In this document: piece after piece, positions 8,156-17,550 of the stretch
Layout of the letters: each line of letters begins with the position of its first letter
Position numbering within the stretch: the stretch's first letter is position 1
NCBI RefSeq assembly: GCF_000018465.1
Contig: NC_010085.1
Coordinates: forward strand, 1,590,001 to 1,622,000
From: Nitrosopumilus maritimus SCM1
Lineage (GTDB): Archaea > Thermoproteota > Nitrososphaeria > Nitrososphaerales > Nitrosopumilaceae
Reading direction: 5' to 3'
Length of the DNA: 32,000 bases
Notes under the pieces: generated by a model
The model's input: the letters and a program-made list of their open reading frames with translations, nothing else
The model's database searches: none
Told to the model about the DNA's origin: nothing
Position numbers and translations under genes: made by a program

Positions 8156-8194
8156 AAAGACTTAAGTTCAATAATTTCTCAAATTAATTTATCA

Positions 8195-8542
8195 TTGTCA
8201 CAAGAAGTAACTGAAGACAGACTAGATACAATTTTTCAACTTCAAAAAGGATTATCAGAAATGATGAAGCTGGACAGATATCCAAAAGATGCAGAAGGAC
8301 GAGTATCTGCATTATCTACTGCAATAATGCATGAAGCAGTAGAATTGCAAAGAACTACCAACTGGAAATGGTGGAAAACGCCAACAAAATTCAATGAGGC
8401 TGAAGCAAGAGAAGAGTTAATCGATATTTGGCATTTTGTAGTTCAAGCATCACTGGAGTTAGATCTCACACCAGATGATATTGTAGCTGAATACAAAAAG
8501 AAAAATGAGATCAATAGAGAAAGACAAAGAAATGGATATTAA
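8195..8542 (+). CDS. Dimeric dUTPase / all-alpha NTP pyrophosphatase-like protein
   Basis: IFQLQKGLSEMM...ALSTAIMHEAVELQRTTNWKWWK...EAREELIDIWHFVVQASLELDLTPDDIVAEYKKKNEINRERQRNGY matches the all-alpha NTPase pattern (ExxEL...EELxDxxHF). Confidence 0.75.
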   Translation: MSQEVTEDRLDTIFQLQKGLSEMMKLDRYPKDAEGRVSALSTAIMHEAVELQRTTNWKWWKTPTKFNEAEAREELIDIWHFVVQASLELDLTPDDIVAEYKKKNEINRERQRNGY

Positions 8543-8546
8543 GAAA

Positions 8547-9014
8547 TTATAGTTTTTTAGAAATTACTTCAAGATTAGTTTCATCAATCAAATCAACAAT
8601 TGAAATATTTTTTTGAAAATATTCTATCATATCTTTAGAAACTGTAAGATAAGGATCTGGACTAACTGAATTAATTATTCTAGAATTTTTATCAATTCCA
8701 TTTTTGTGTAATTGTAATAATGAATGACCAGATTTATGACCCCAAACTTCTTTCCCACAAAGAATTATTTTTGTTATATTCTTGTTTTCATAAACATACT
8801 GTATCATACTATCAATTCCCTTATTCTCTGAAAATAGTCTTCCAATAATTGCCACCTTAGACAATAATTCTGAATCCTTCAAATCATCAAGTAGAGAGAT
8901 GCTTGCAAGTGTGCATATTGCAATTTGTGAATTGGGATTTCCAAGATAAAATTCCTGTTTTATAGGCAGAACAACCTTACAAATTTCTCCAATAATGTTT
9001 CCAAGGCTATTCAT
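8547..9014 (-). CDS. Stand-alone MtrA-like protein (tetrahydromethanopterin S-methyltransferase subunit A family)
   Basis: GNPNSQIAICTLASISL...AIIGRLFSENKGIDSMIQYVYENKNITKIILCGKEVWGHKSGHSLLQLHKNGIDKNSRII matches the MtrA core. Confidence 0.8.
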   Translation of the reverse strand: MNSLGNIIGEICKVVLPIKQEFYLGNPNSQIAICTLASISLLDDLKDSELLSKVAIIGRLFSENKGIDSMIQYVYENKNITKIILCGKEVWGHKSGHSLLQLHKNGIDKNSRIINSVSPDPYLTVSKDMIEYFQKNISIVDLIDETNLEVISKKL

Positions 9015-10095
9015 TTACTAAATCACGCACAGTTTTTGCGATATATTCAACATTTTTGGCAGACACGTTTGGATGAACAGGTAATGACAGAACATGTTTT
9101 GATGCCCAATCAGTATTTGTTAATTTTGATTTTATTTTGTAGATAGGAATTTTATGAACTGGTATTGGATAATAGACTGCAGCCCCAATTCCTTTTGAGT
9201 TTAATTTCTTCAAAATCGAATCTCTATTTTGTGTAGTGATGGTGTACAATCCCCAGTTGAATTTTTCATTTTTTCCCTCAATAGGAATTTTTATTTTTGT
9301 ATCAGATAATAAATCAGATAGTAATTTTGCATTACATCTTCTTGATTGAATAAACTTTGGTAATTTTTTAATTTGGATTTTAGCTATTGCTGCATTAATT
9401 TCAGGCAGTCTCAGATTTAATCCAAATATTTTAGAATCGTATCCTTTAACCATTCCATGATTTCTAATCATCTGTAATTTCTCATAGAGTTTTTTACTAT
9501 TAGTAACTATAACACCACCTTCGCCAGAAGTAATAACTTTTCCAGGATACAAACTATAACACCCAAGTTCAAAAAATGTTCCAGTTTGTTTTCCTTTTAA
9601 CGTAGAACCAAGTGACTGTGCAGCATCCTCAATTATTGAAAGATTATGTTTTTTTGCAATTTCTTTAATTCTATCAAGTGACGATATATGACCATACAAG
9701 TGTACTGGCATTATTGCTTTGGTTTTTCTAGTGATTTTTTTTGTAATGGATTCGGGATCAATTGTAAAATTCTCTTTTAAAATGTCTGCAAAAACAGGTT
9801 TTGCACCAGTAGAAGCAATAGCATTTGCACTAGCAACAAATGTAAAAGAAGGAACAATTACTTCATCTCCTTTTTTGATATCAAGTGCATATAGTGCTGC
9901 TTGTAATGCAGCAGTACCAGTATTTACTGAAACAGCGTATTTAGTTTTAACAAAAGATCTGATTGATTTTTCAAATTCCTGTACATTTTTTCCTCCATCT
10001 TTTGAGGCAGAAGTGAGTCCGCCTGATTTTACTACTGAGACTACGGCTGAAAGTTCTTCTTTGCCTAAAATAGGTGTGTTAATTGGAATTTTCAC
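9007..10095 (-). CDS. DegT/DnrJ/EryC1-family PLP-dependent aminotransferase
   Basis: MKIPINTPILGKEELSAVVSVVKSG...VNTGTAALQAALYALDIKKGDEVIVPSFTFVASANAI...IIEDAAQSLGS...YPGKVITSGEGGVIVTN. I prefer GTG at 10095 over the track's 10140. Confidence 0.9.
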   Translation of the reverse strand: MKIPINTPILGKEELSAVVSVVKSGGLTSASKDGGKNVQEFEKSIRSFVKTKYAVSVNTGTAALQAALYALDIKKGDEVIVPSFTFVASANAIASTGAKPVFADILKENFTIDPESITKKITRKTKAIMPVHLYGHISSLDRIKEIAKKHNLSIIEDAAQSLGSTLKGKQTGTFFELGCYSLYPGKVITSGEGGVIVTNSKKLYEKLQMIRNHGMVKGYDSKIFGLNLRLPEINAAIAKIQIKKLPKFIQSRRCNAKLLSDLLSDTKIKIPIEGKNEKFNWGLYTITTQNRDSILKKLNSKGIGAAVYYPIPVHKIPIYKIKSKLTNTDWASKHVLSLPVHPNVSAKNVEYIAKTVRDLVNE

Positions 10096-10160
10096 AAATT
10101 TTGTCCTTAGTACTAGTGTATAAAGACAATTACTACGCATGAATTTTTATATTTCAAAAT

Positions 10161-10748
10161 TTGGCAATCGGCATAATGAAATCACGTCATCTAGAAAAGA
10201 CAGACAAAGGGTACAAAGTTTTTCTGTATATTTTCTATGTTTGTGGATTCATCATGGGATCATCACTAATCTTTGGGGTATATGTGACAATGATTGAATG
10301 GATGGAAAATGGAACATATGTAATGGGAGAAGCCATTCATAATACAACAATACCGTTTGAAAATTTTGCAAGAGTATCAACTTGGATATTTTTTTCTACA
10401 ATAATTGGTTGGTATTGTGTATCTAGAATAGGTTGGAGAAGAACTGCAGGAAATAAAATTGTTGGAACACGAATGGCGTTATTACAATTAATGTTACTAG
10501 GATTTTCAATTATTACATTGTTTGAAGTAATGTACAACTTTTCAGTATTAACTGCTCAGATTTCTGCAGGAATAGTTGATGGAATACTACCAGATATTGA
10601 CAAATTATCAATTGCATATCCAGACCCAGATCGGCCTTGGAATACAATTTTTGCAATCAAAATGTTTCTAGCAGCGTTCATCATTAGTACTCATGCATTC
10701 TATCTGAGTACAAAACCTAGAAAGCTGTTAGATGAACCAGAAGTTTAG
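10161..10748 (+). CDS. Multi-pass membrane protein, unknown function
   Basis: At least four hydrophobic helices (VFLYIFYVCGFIMGSSLIFGVYV; WIFFSTIIGWYCV; LLQLMLLGFSIITLFEVM; MFLAAFIISTHAFYL). Confidence 0.6.
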   Translation: MAIGIMKSRHLEKTDKGYKVFLYIFYVCGFIMGSSLIFGVYVTMIEWMENGTYVMGEAIHNTTIPFENFARVSTWIFFSTIIGWYCVSRIGWRRTAGNKIVGTRMALLQLMLLGFSIITLFEVMYNFSVLTAQISAGIVDGILPDIDKLSIAYPDPDRPWNTIFAIKMFLAAFIISTHAFYLSTKPRKLLDEPEV

Positions 10749-10796
10749 TTTTTTGAAAATTTTAAGACTTTTCTTTGAGTATGCTGTAATATAATC

Positions 10797-10985
10797 ATGG
10801 GATTATTTGGTAGAAATAAAAATGAATTAAAATGTAAAAAATGTGGGACAGTACTTTCAGATTCAGAGAGATTAAAAAAACATCAAGAAATAGCCCATAA
10901 CAAGAAAAAAGAAAAATGCAGAGTTTGTGGAACAGAATTTAACACTCAAGAAGATTTGAGAAAACATAAAAAAAATTGTAAATAG
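10797..10985 (+). CDS. Small two-finger C2H2 zinc-finger protein (62 aa)
   Basis: KCKKCGTVLSDSERLKKHQEIAHNKKKEKCRVCGTEFNTQEDLRKHKKNC contains two C2H2/C2HC-type fingers. Confidence 0.8.
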   Translation: MGLFGRNKNELKCKKCGTVLSDSERLKKHQEIAHNKKKEKCRVCGTEFNTQEDLRKHKKNCK

Positions 10986-10993
10986 ATTTTTGA

Positions 10994-11203
10994 TTATTCA
11001 GAAAGTCCTGATTCATACTTTGGCTGTCGTTTGAGAGCCTTTTCGATTGCTTCTAGATTTTTTATCTCATTTTTTGAGTTCATAGTCAGAGTTTTGATCA
11101 TTTCTGTGCCTAATTGTACGGATTGTTCAGGTAATGTCTCTAAGAATTTCTCAAGACCTTTTTTGTAATTTTCAATTAATTCCAATCCTTCTTCAAGAGT
11201 CAT
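10994..11203 (-). CDS. Small helical protein (69 aa), unknown function
   Basis: Intact ORF MTLEEGLELIENYKKGLEKFLETLPEQSVQLGTEMIKTLTMNSKNEIKNLEAIEKALKRQ in an otherwise empty gap, with strongly helical composition. Confidence 0.5.
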   Translation of the reverse strand: MTLEEGLELIENYKKGLEKFLETLPEQSVQLGTEMIKTLTMNSKNEIKNLEAIEKALKRQPKYESGLSE

Positions 11204-11297
11204 AACAATAATTGAGATATCTTCTATTCAAAGGTTCTAATTTTTCAAAAATTCTTTGAATAACTTTATACGTTTACTACTCAAAAGTTGATTTGGT

Positions 11298-12344
11298 TTG
11301 GACATAACTGAAAAAGTAGATTTGATTGAAAGACCACCTACAGAAGAAGTTGTTACACGTGATGAATTAACTGAGTTGTTTAAAACAAATTCATCTCCAA
11401 AGCATTACATTGGTTTAGAGATTTCTGGTTTTTTACATCTTGGTAGTTTAATTAGTACAGGATTCAAAATTAATGATTTTGCAAAAGCTGGTGTAAAGTG
11501 TACAATATTTCTTGCAGATTGGCACACACTAATCAATGATAAATTAGGAGGAAATTGGGAAACAATTTCAAAAGTTTCAAAATATTATCAAGATGCTTTC
11601 AAATTGGTTTGTCCTGATGCTGAAATTATTTTAGGCTCAAAACTTTATGAAGAAAAAACAGAATATTGGTCAGAGCTTGTGAAATTTACAAAACACATGT
11701 CATTAGCTAGAACAATGAGAACTCTAACAATTATGGGTCGTTCGGAAAATGAAGAAAAAATTGATGTTGCCAAATTACTTTATCCAGCAATGCAAGCAGT
11801 TGATATTCATTCTTTAGAAGTAGATATTGCACATGCGGGGATGGATCAAAGAAAAATCCACATGCTAGTCAGAGAAATATTTCCTAAAATGAAATGGAAA
11901 GTGCCAGTAGCTGTCCATCATAAATTATTGCCTGGATTATCCAAGCCTGCAGACACAAGTGATTCACAAGTTTTAGGTAAAATGAGTAAATCTGATCCAA
12001 ATTCTGGAGTCTTTATTCATAATACAGATGAGGAAATAAAGAAAAAAATGAACAAAGCTTGGTGTGAAGAGGCAAATATACAAAATAATCCACTATTAGA
12101 AATTGCAAAGACAGTGATTTTTCATGAATTTAACGAGATGAATGTAGAAAGATCTGAAAAATTTGGAGGAAACGTATCATATCAAGATTATAATCAACTT
12201 GAAATTGATTTTGCTGAAAAAAAATTACATCCAGGAGATCTAAAGCAAACAGTTGGAAATTATTTGGTAAAAATAATATCTCCAATTAGAGATAAGCTTG
12301 ATCTGACTGAAGAATTACATGAAGCAATTAAGAAAAGTTACTAA
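11298..12344 (+). CDS. tyrS: Tyrosyl-tRNA synthetase (archaeal type)
   Basis: SPKHYIGLEISGFLHLGSLISTGFKINDFAKAG (HIGH-like), DQRKIHMLVREIFP, and GKMSKSDP (KMSKS). TTG start. Confidence 0.93.
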   Translation: MDITEKVDLIERPPTEEVVTRDELTELFKTNSSPKHYIGLEISGFLHLGSLISTGFKINDFAKAGVKCTIFLADWHTLINDKLGGNWETISKVSKYYQDAFKLVCPDAEIILGSKLYEEKTEYWSELVKFTKHMSLARTMRTLTIMGRSENEEKIDVAKLLYPAMQAVDIHSLEVDIAHAGMDQRKIHMLVREIFPKMKWKVPVAVHHKLLPGLSKPADTSDSQVLGKMSKSDPNSGVFIHNTDEEIKKKMNKAWCEEANIQNNPLLEIAKTVIFHEFNEMNVERSEKFGGNVSYQDYNQLEIDFAEKKLHPGDLKQTVGNYLVKIISPIRDKLDLTEELHEAIKKSY

Positions 12345-13135
12345 ACTTTAAGATCTGGATTAGTCTGTTCTTCTAAATTGTATTTTGATTTGTATCCTCT
12401 TGGATTTATCATCAAATCTTTGTAAGAATATGTTGATGAATTACCCACTATTACAGTACTAGTCATTCCTAACTTGTCTGAATGATTTGGTAGATTTTCT
12501 AAATCAGTTATTACAATTGATTCAGATTCTCTATATGCACCAACAATAATTGCAACAGGTGTTGTAGGTTTTCTATATTTTAATAGAATTTTTCTAGTAT
12601 CTTGTAATTGATGGACTCTTTTCTTACTAGCAGGATTGTAAATTACAAGAACAAAATCACCTTTTGCTGCAGACTCTACCCTATTTTCAATAACTTTCCA
12701 TGGAACTAACAAATCACTCATACTTACTACTGCAAAATCAGACATTAGTGGTGAGCCAACAATAGATGCACAGGAATTTAGTGCAGACACACCTGGAACC
12801 ACTTCTACTTGTAGTCCATCTTTTGGATCCCAACCACCTTCGGCTAAAGTTTCATAGATTAGTCCAGCCATCCCATAAATTCCAGGGTCTCCACTTGATA
12901 CAAGAGAGACAATTTTTCCTGACTTTGCAAGGTCAATACATTGATGAGCTCTTTCAACTTCTTGAGTCATTGCATAACGATAAACTGTTTTTCCTTCAAT
13001 TAGATCTGAAACTAGATTTACATATGTTTCATAACCAATAATGATATCACTTTCACGAATTATTTCTTTAGCTCTAAATGTCATATGATCATTATGTCCA
13101 GGACCAACACCAACAATATTCAATTTTCCAGTCAA
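12341..13135 (-). CDS. cobJ/cbiH: Precorrin-3B / cobalt-factor III C17-methyltransferase
   Basis: LNIVGVGPGHNDHMTFRAKEIIRESDIIIGYETYV...VSLVSSGDPGIYGMAGLIYE...EVVPGVSALNSCASIVGSPLMSDFAVVSMSDLLVPW. Confidence 0.9.
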   Translation of the reverse strand: MTGKLNIVGVGPGHNDHMTFRAKEIIRESDIIIGYETYVNLVSDLIEGKTVYRYAMTQEVERAHQCIDLAKSGKIVSLVSSGDPGIYGMAGLIYETLAEGGWDPKDGLQVEVVPGVSALNSCASIVGSPLMSDFAVVSMSDLLVPWKVIENRVESAAKGDFVLVIYNPASKKRVHQLQDTRKILLKYRKPTTPVAIIVGAYRESESIVITDLENLPNHSDKLGMTSTVIVGNSSTYSYKDLMINPRGYKSKYNLEEQTNPDLKV

Positions 13136-13179
13136 ATTTACAACAAATCATCTTGCAAGTAATTTATCCCTTTAGAGAA

Positions 13180-14646
13180 TTATTGAAAGGGATCTATGAA
13201 TGGACAGTTTACTATATGATCACTGTTAGTTGGTCGTGTTATGCTAACCGTTATCAGATCATCTGCACGGAATGAATCAATATCAGATTTTGTTTCAAGA
13301 ATTTTCGCATTTTCAGAATCATTCCATTCAATTAGATAGATTCTCCACATTGGACTGTAATTTTCATCGCCTAATGACGCTGCAGCAATTCCTGCTTGAA
13401 ATCCTAATGGACCTGTGCCTTTAATTCCATTTTTGAATTGGAAAAGATCAACTGCTCCTGAATGTGCAATTAGATTTGCTGATGTTGGAGATGAAGTTAC
13501 TCCCATCATCTCAGCCGGTCCAAATGGGGTGGCATCAGTTACAATATAGTAAATTGTTCTTCCATCAGGTCCCCATCCTCTATGAGCAACAAATGTAACA
13601 GTCATTTCTTCTTCATTAATTTCAGTAATTTGGCCTCCTCCATAGGGCATATCATCAGCAATTTCTTGATCAGCACGTACTTGCATCTGTCCACCAGGCC
13701 ATACAATATGGGGAGTGTTTAGGACAACTCCTGTTTCATCAAATTCAATTCTACCATTTTCTTCTGCTGCAATTACATCATTAGCAGATTCAAATACAAT
13801 CTCTTTTTGACCTGTCTTCCATGTTACTTCTATTACAGAAGATAATGCACTGTATTCTGATTCTTGTTGTGGAGTACTGGAAAATATTTCATTTTGGAAT
13901 CCATAGAGTCCTTCTCCTTTAACTCCATTTTTGAAAACAAATATTTTTTGTAGAGCATCTTCTGGAACGTCAGCCAAAACAGGTGCAAGTTCTACATTCC
14001 ATTCCTGTTTTTCTGATAGTTCTCTTGCATATTCTTCATCGCTTCCATCAGTAATAATGTACAAGACTTTTTCACCACCATAGATTCCTTCATGTATTGG
14101 AATTGTAGCTGGAACATTTGCTCTTGAAAGTAACGACATTGGTTCTTCTTTTTCTAATTCAATTTTTTGCATAATAACTTCAGTTGGTTGTCCTCTAATC
14201 CACCCATCAACACTTACAGTTGAAGTGAATTGTTTGGAGTTAGGAGAATGCAATCCAAGTGCAGCTCCTGTAAATTCAAAGGAACCAGACTTTTCTTGTA
14301 AATCAATTAGTGATAATCCATAAACAGTATTTCCATCAATGCTCCAAGTGGGTTGGCCTTTTGCATCATCTGAGTTAATTTCATGTAAAACAACAATTTG
14401 AACAGGTTCACTTGAGGTAAATGTCATAGAACCATCATAGATTGTGCCTTGATTAGGCGACAAAATTAGAGATAATTGATGATTCTCATGTCCCTGACCA
14501 GGATCTTGAGATGATGTAAAAGTTTGTGTAAAGTGGATCTTTTTTCTAGAACCTGCATCAGCAAATTGATCTGATAATGAGGAAGCTGTAATGATGCTTG
14601 TTGCAAAAATCCCAATAATCAATATGGCAATTAATTTTCTCAACAA
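13180..14646 (-). CDS. Secreted protein with an internally duplicated domain, unknown function
   Basis: Signal peptide MLRKLIAILIIGIFATSIITASS. Two similar blocks: VLYIITDG...FVFKNGVKGEGLYGFQNEIFSSTP and IYYIVTDA...FQFKNGIKGTGPLGFQAGIAAAS. Confidence 0.65.
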   Translation of the reverse strand: MLRKLIAILIIGIFATSIITASSLSDQFADAGSRKKIHFTQTFTSSQDPGQGHENHQLSLILSPNQGTIYDGSMTFTSSEPVQIVVLHEINSDDAKGQPTWSIDGNTVYGLSLIDLQEKSGSFEFTGAALGLHSPNSKQFTSTVSVDGWIRGQPTEVIMQKIELEKEEPMSLLSRANVPATIPIHEGIYGGEKVLYIITDGSDEEYARELSEKQEWNVELAPVLADVPEDALQKIFVFKNGVKGEGLYGFQNEIFSSTPQQESEYSALSSVIEVTWKTGQKEIVFESANDVIAAEENGRIEFDETGVVLNTPHIVWPGGQMQVRADQEIADDMPYGGGQITEINEEEMTVTFVAHRGWGPDGRTIYYIVTDATPFGPAEMMGVTSSPTSANLIAHSGAVDLFQFKNGIKGTGPLGFQAGIAAASLGDENYSPMWRIYLIEWNDSENAKILETKSDIDSFRADDLITVSITRPTNSDHIVNCPFIDPFQ

Positions 14647-14681
14647 ATTTCATGGAGATTATTCCCTTAAATGATTTTATC

Positions 14682-16085
14682 TTAATTGATTTTATCTAAT
14701 GCAAATGCATTGTGTAATGCACGAACTGCTGCATTTGTATCAGAGTTTTTGACAACAAATGCTAGATTTAGTTCAGATGAGCCTTGAGTAATCATTGAAA
14801 CATTTACTTTGTTTTTCTCAGCTGCACCAAAAACTTTAGAGGCGACACCTACAGTTCCACGCATTCCTGAACCAATAAGTGCAATAATTGCGACATTTGT
14901 TGTAACTTCTAATTTCTTGATAATCTTTCCTAAAAGTTCCATTTCAAGTGAACTTACAGCTTTATCAAGATCAGCATTCTTAACAACTATTGTTATACTA
15001 GATTCTGAAGGATTTTGAGATATCATCATTACATTGATTCCAGCTTTTGCTAATGTTGCAAAAATTTTTGCAGCGGTACCTGGAGTTCCAACCATGCTTC
15101 CACCTTGAATATCTATTAGGCCATTGTTTCTGACATTACTAACGCATTTTACAGTGTTTTTTACAGATGGTGATGGAGAAGCTGTAACCAAAGTTCCTTC
15201 ATTTTTTAGATTAAATGAACTTCGAATCTTCATTGGAATTTTCTTTGATAACAGAGGCTCAAATGTGCGTGGGTGTATCTGTTTTGCACCAAATAATGCC
15301 ATTTCTATTGCCTCTATGTATGAAACTTCTTTGAGCAATTTTGCGTTCTTGACTATTTTTGGATCTGCAGTCATTAGACCATCAACATCACTCATCAACC
15401 AAATTTCATCTGCTTTAATGCAAGTTCCAATAATTGTTGCTGAATAATCTGAACCACCTCTTCCAAAAGTAGTAACATGGCCATGTTGATCTGCACCAAC
15501 AAAACCACCTACAACAGGTACTGTTTTCTTTGAAAAAAGATTTTCTACATTTTTTGATACTCGTAATCTGGTCGTATCAATTAGTGGTTTAGATTCACCA
15601 AAGTTAGAATCAGTTACGATTCCTACTTCTTTTCCAGTTAGAGGTACTGATTTTTTTCCTGAATCATTTACTGCCATTGAAACCAATTTTATTGATAATC
15701 GTTCACCAAATGAAAAGAGATAATCCATAGTTCTTGGAGTAACTTCACCCAATAGGACCATTCCATCAATTAATGCAACAAGTTCTGCAAAATCATCATC
15801 AAAGTTTTTTAATAATTTTTTTCGTAAATCAGCTTTTTTGATCGTTTGTTTTGCTAATTGTTTATGTCTATTAGTTATCTTTGATGCAAGTTGCTCAGCT
15901 TTTGATTTATTTTCTTTTTTTATTGATTGAGATATTTCAATTAGATCATCTGTTGTTCCACTAGTTGCAGAACATACAACTACAATTTGGTTTTTCTTTG
16001 ATAATGAATTTAGATGGTTAGCTACTGCTCGAATGTCTTTTGCAGACGAAATTGATGTTCCGCCGTATTTTATTACAAGTCTCAT
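14682..16085 (-). CDS. lysC: Aspartate kinase with tandem ACT domains
   Basis: MRLVIKYGGTSISSAKDIRAVANHL...GGFVGADQHGHVTTFGRGGSDYSATIIGTCIKADEIWLMSDVDGLMTADP...; C-terminal ACT repeats. Confidence 0.93.
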   Translation of the reverse strand: MRLVIKYGGTSISSAKDIRAVANHLNSLSKKNQIVVVCSATSGTTDDLIEISQSIKKENKSKAEQLASKITNRHKQLAKQTIKKADLRKKLLKNFDDDFAELVALIDGMVLLGEVTPRTMDYLFSFGERLSIKLVSMAVNDSGKKSVPLTGKEVGIVTDSNFGESKPLIDTTRLRVSKNVENLFSKKTVPVVGGFVGADQHGHVTTFGRGGSDYSATIIGTCIKADEIWLMSDVDGLMTADPKIVKNAKLLKEVSYIEAIEMALFGAKQIHPRTFEPLLSKKIPMKIRSSFNLKNEGTLVTASPSPSVKNTVKCVSNVRNNGLIDIQGGSMVGTPGTAAKIFATLAKAGINVMMISQNPSESSITIVVKNADLDKAVSSLEMELLGKIIKKLEVTTNVAIIALIGSGMRGTVGVASKVFGAAEKNKVNVSMITQGSSELNLAFVVKNSDTNAAVRALHNAFALDKIN

Positions 16086-16120
16086 TTCAAAATACCTGAA
16101 TTAGTTAATCTTTAAATGCT

Positions 16121-16867
16121 TTAACTTTCCACGCGTGGAGCTAGGTAAAAGTGAATTCTGCCAATATTGGCTACTTTGAATTCAATTCTAAGTGGTTTTG
16201 CGCTTGAAAATTCACATGTAATAAAGCCTGCAGTGGTTCCTACTGCTTTTACTACAGGATTTAGATATTCCAAACTGTATGTTCCAACGCTGTCTTCTTT
16301 TGAAGAAATTTCTTCAATGCCTTCATCATCTTTATCTAAATCAATGACAACTTCCCCAGAATCACCTTTTCCTGAAAAATCACCTTTAGAATCAGATGTA
16401 TGTATTGTCAAATAATCAGAAACTACTTGTACATCACCTAAAATTTTGTCAAACTTTGATGAAGATAATATAATTTTAGAATCATATGGTATCTTTGGTA
16501 ATGGAGTATCTGTTGCAGAACTTTCAATCAAACGCATTTTGTATTTTTTATTTTTTCCAACTGTAACAAGCAACATGTTTTGTTCAGATATACTAATTTC
16601 AATGCTATCTTTTTTATCGGCTCTTTTGATGAGTTTTGAGAATTCATCAATTCTTACACCAAATTTTATGTCACTGTCACATTCGTATTTTTCAAATGCA
16701 GAGTTAGGCCATGAAATGTCTATGAGTGCAACATGAGACGGATCCATTCCTCTAAATGAAATGCCTTCTGCTGTTGCAACAAATGTTGCCTCTTCAACAA
16801 GTGTTGAAATTGCAGAGATGATTGCCTTTAGATCATCAGAACCACTTGTTTTTGCTCCAAAAGTCAA
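16121..16867 (-). CDS. pcn: Proliferating cell nuclear antigen (DNA polymerase sliding clamp)
   Basis: LVEEATFVATAEGISFRGMDPSHVALIDISWP...FDKILGDVQVVSDYLTIHT...YSLEYLNPVVKAVGTTAGFITCEFSSAKPLRIEFKVANIGRIHFYLAPRVES. Confidence 0.96.
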   Translation of the reverse strand: MTFGAKTSGSDDLKAIISAISTLVEEATFVATAEGISFRGMDPSHVALIDISWPNSAFEKYECDSDIKFGVRIDEFSKLIKRADKKDSIEISISEQNMLLVTVGKNKKYKMRLIESSATDTPLPKIPYDSKIILSSSKFDKILGDVQVVSDYLTIHTSDSKGDFSGKGDSGEVVIDLDKDDEGIEEISSKEDSVGTYSLEYLNPVVKAVGTTAGFITCEFSSAKPLRIEFKVANIGRIHFYLAPRVES

Positions 16868-16901
16868 ATCAACTTTGTTGACTTTACGTTCCAGTTAAAC
16901 G

Positions 16902-17219
16902 TTATGCGTAATTACGCCAAGTATATTGACATTTTGTACATCGATAGAACTGTGTTGTTGGTTCATCTGCACTTCTTGTTTGAAGCATCCACCAAATTGC
17001 TTCATCGTGTCCACATTTCTCACATTCTATTTTGATAGTTGGATGAGATTCTTCTCCCTCATTTCCTTCAAAAGCTAAAATGGATTCTTCTTGTTCTTCA
17101 GTTTCAACAGTTTTTTTGGTCTGTTTTTCTTCTGCACCTTCTGTATAACCACATTTTGAGCATTCAAGGCCAGAAGTACCTTTTTTTAATTTGACCTCAC
17201 ATTTGGGGCAAAACTTCAA
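16902..17219 (-). CDS. tfs: Transcription factor S / RNA polymerase subunit M-like (TFIIS-type)
   Basis: MKFCPKCEVKLKKGTSGLECSKCGY ... IECEKCGHDEAIWWMLQTRSADEPTTQFYRCTKCQYTWRNYA (RSADEPTT catalytic loop, two Zn ribbons). Confidence 0.95.
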   Translation of the reverse strand: MKFCPKCEVKLKKGTSGLECSKCGYTEGAEEKQTKKTVETEEQEESILAFEGNEGEESHPTIKIECEKCGHDEAIWWMLQTRSADEPTTQFYRCTKCQYTWRNYA

Positions 17220-17220
17220 T

Positions 17221-17499
17221 CTAATTTACCTTAAGTTTTGAATTAAATAATTGTTTGAACTCATCTGCCATCTTTATTGCTGAATCTGTAGCTTTCTTTA
17301 TTTCGCCTAATGGTTTTGAACTAGAATTAATTCTCATCCAACACTCGTTAGTAAGTGGATGTTTTACAATAACACCTGCAAAATCAATATTTGATTCCTT
17401 TAGAAGCTCATGTTGAATTAGGTACAAAATACCAATATCGGTTTCAGTGATTGAGAGGTTGATTTCTTTGGCTTCTGAACTGATCACTTGTGCGTTCAT
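17221..17499 (-). CDS. rpoL: DNA-directed RNA polymerase subunit L (Rpb11 homolog)
   Basis: LIQHELLKESNIDFAGVIVKHPLTNECWMRINSSSKPLGEIKKATDSAI; located immediately upstream of TFS. Confidence 0.85.
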   Translation of the reverse strand: MNAQVISSEAKEINLSITETDIGILYLIQHELLKESNIDFAGVIVKHPLTNECWMRINSSSKPLGEIKKATDSAIKMADEFKQLFNSKLKVN

Positions 17500-17550
17500 G
17501 TATTCAGAAAAAGCACTTATTGCGGATATAAATCATTATGAGCAGTAGAA

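Noticed and set aside
9719-10123. Plus-strand ORF of 134 aa
   Set aside because: It is antisense to the DegT-family aminotransferase, whose motifs are unambiguous.
12766-13275. Plus-strand ORFs 12766-13041 and 13078-13275
   Set aside because: The first is antisense to cobJ/cbiH. The second spans the short cobJ/secreted-protein gap and is antisense to both genes' ends; neither has protein-like features.
14809-16736. Plus-strand ORFs 14809-15018, 15124-15447, 16167-16415 and 16446-16736
   Set aside because: They are antisense to strongly supported lysC and pcn genes. Their translations are low-complexity Ser/Phe/Ile-rich shadows of the real reading frames.
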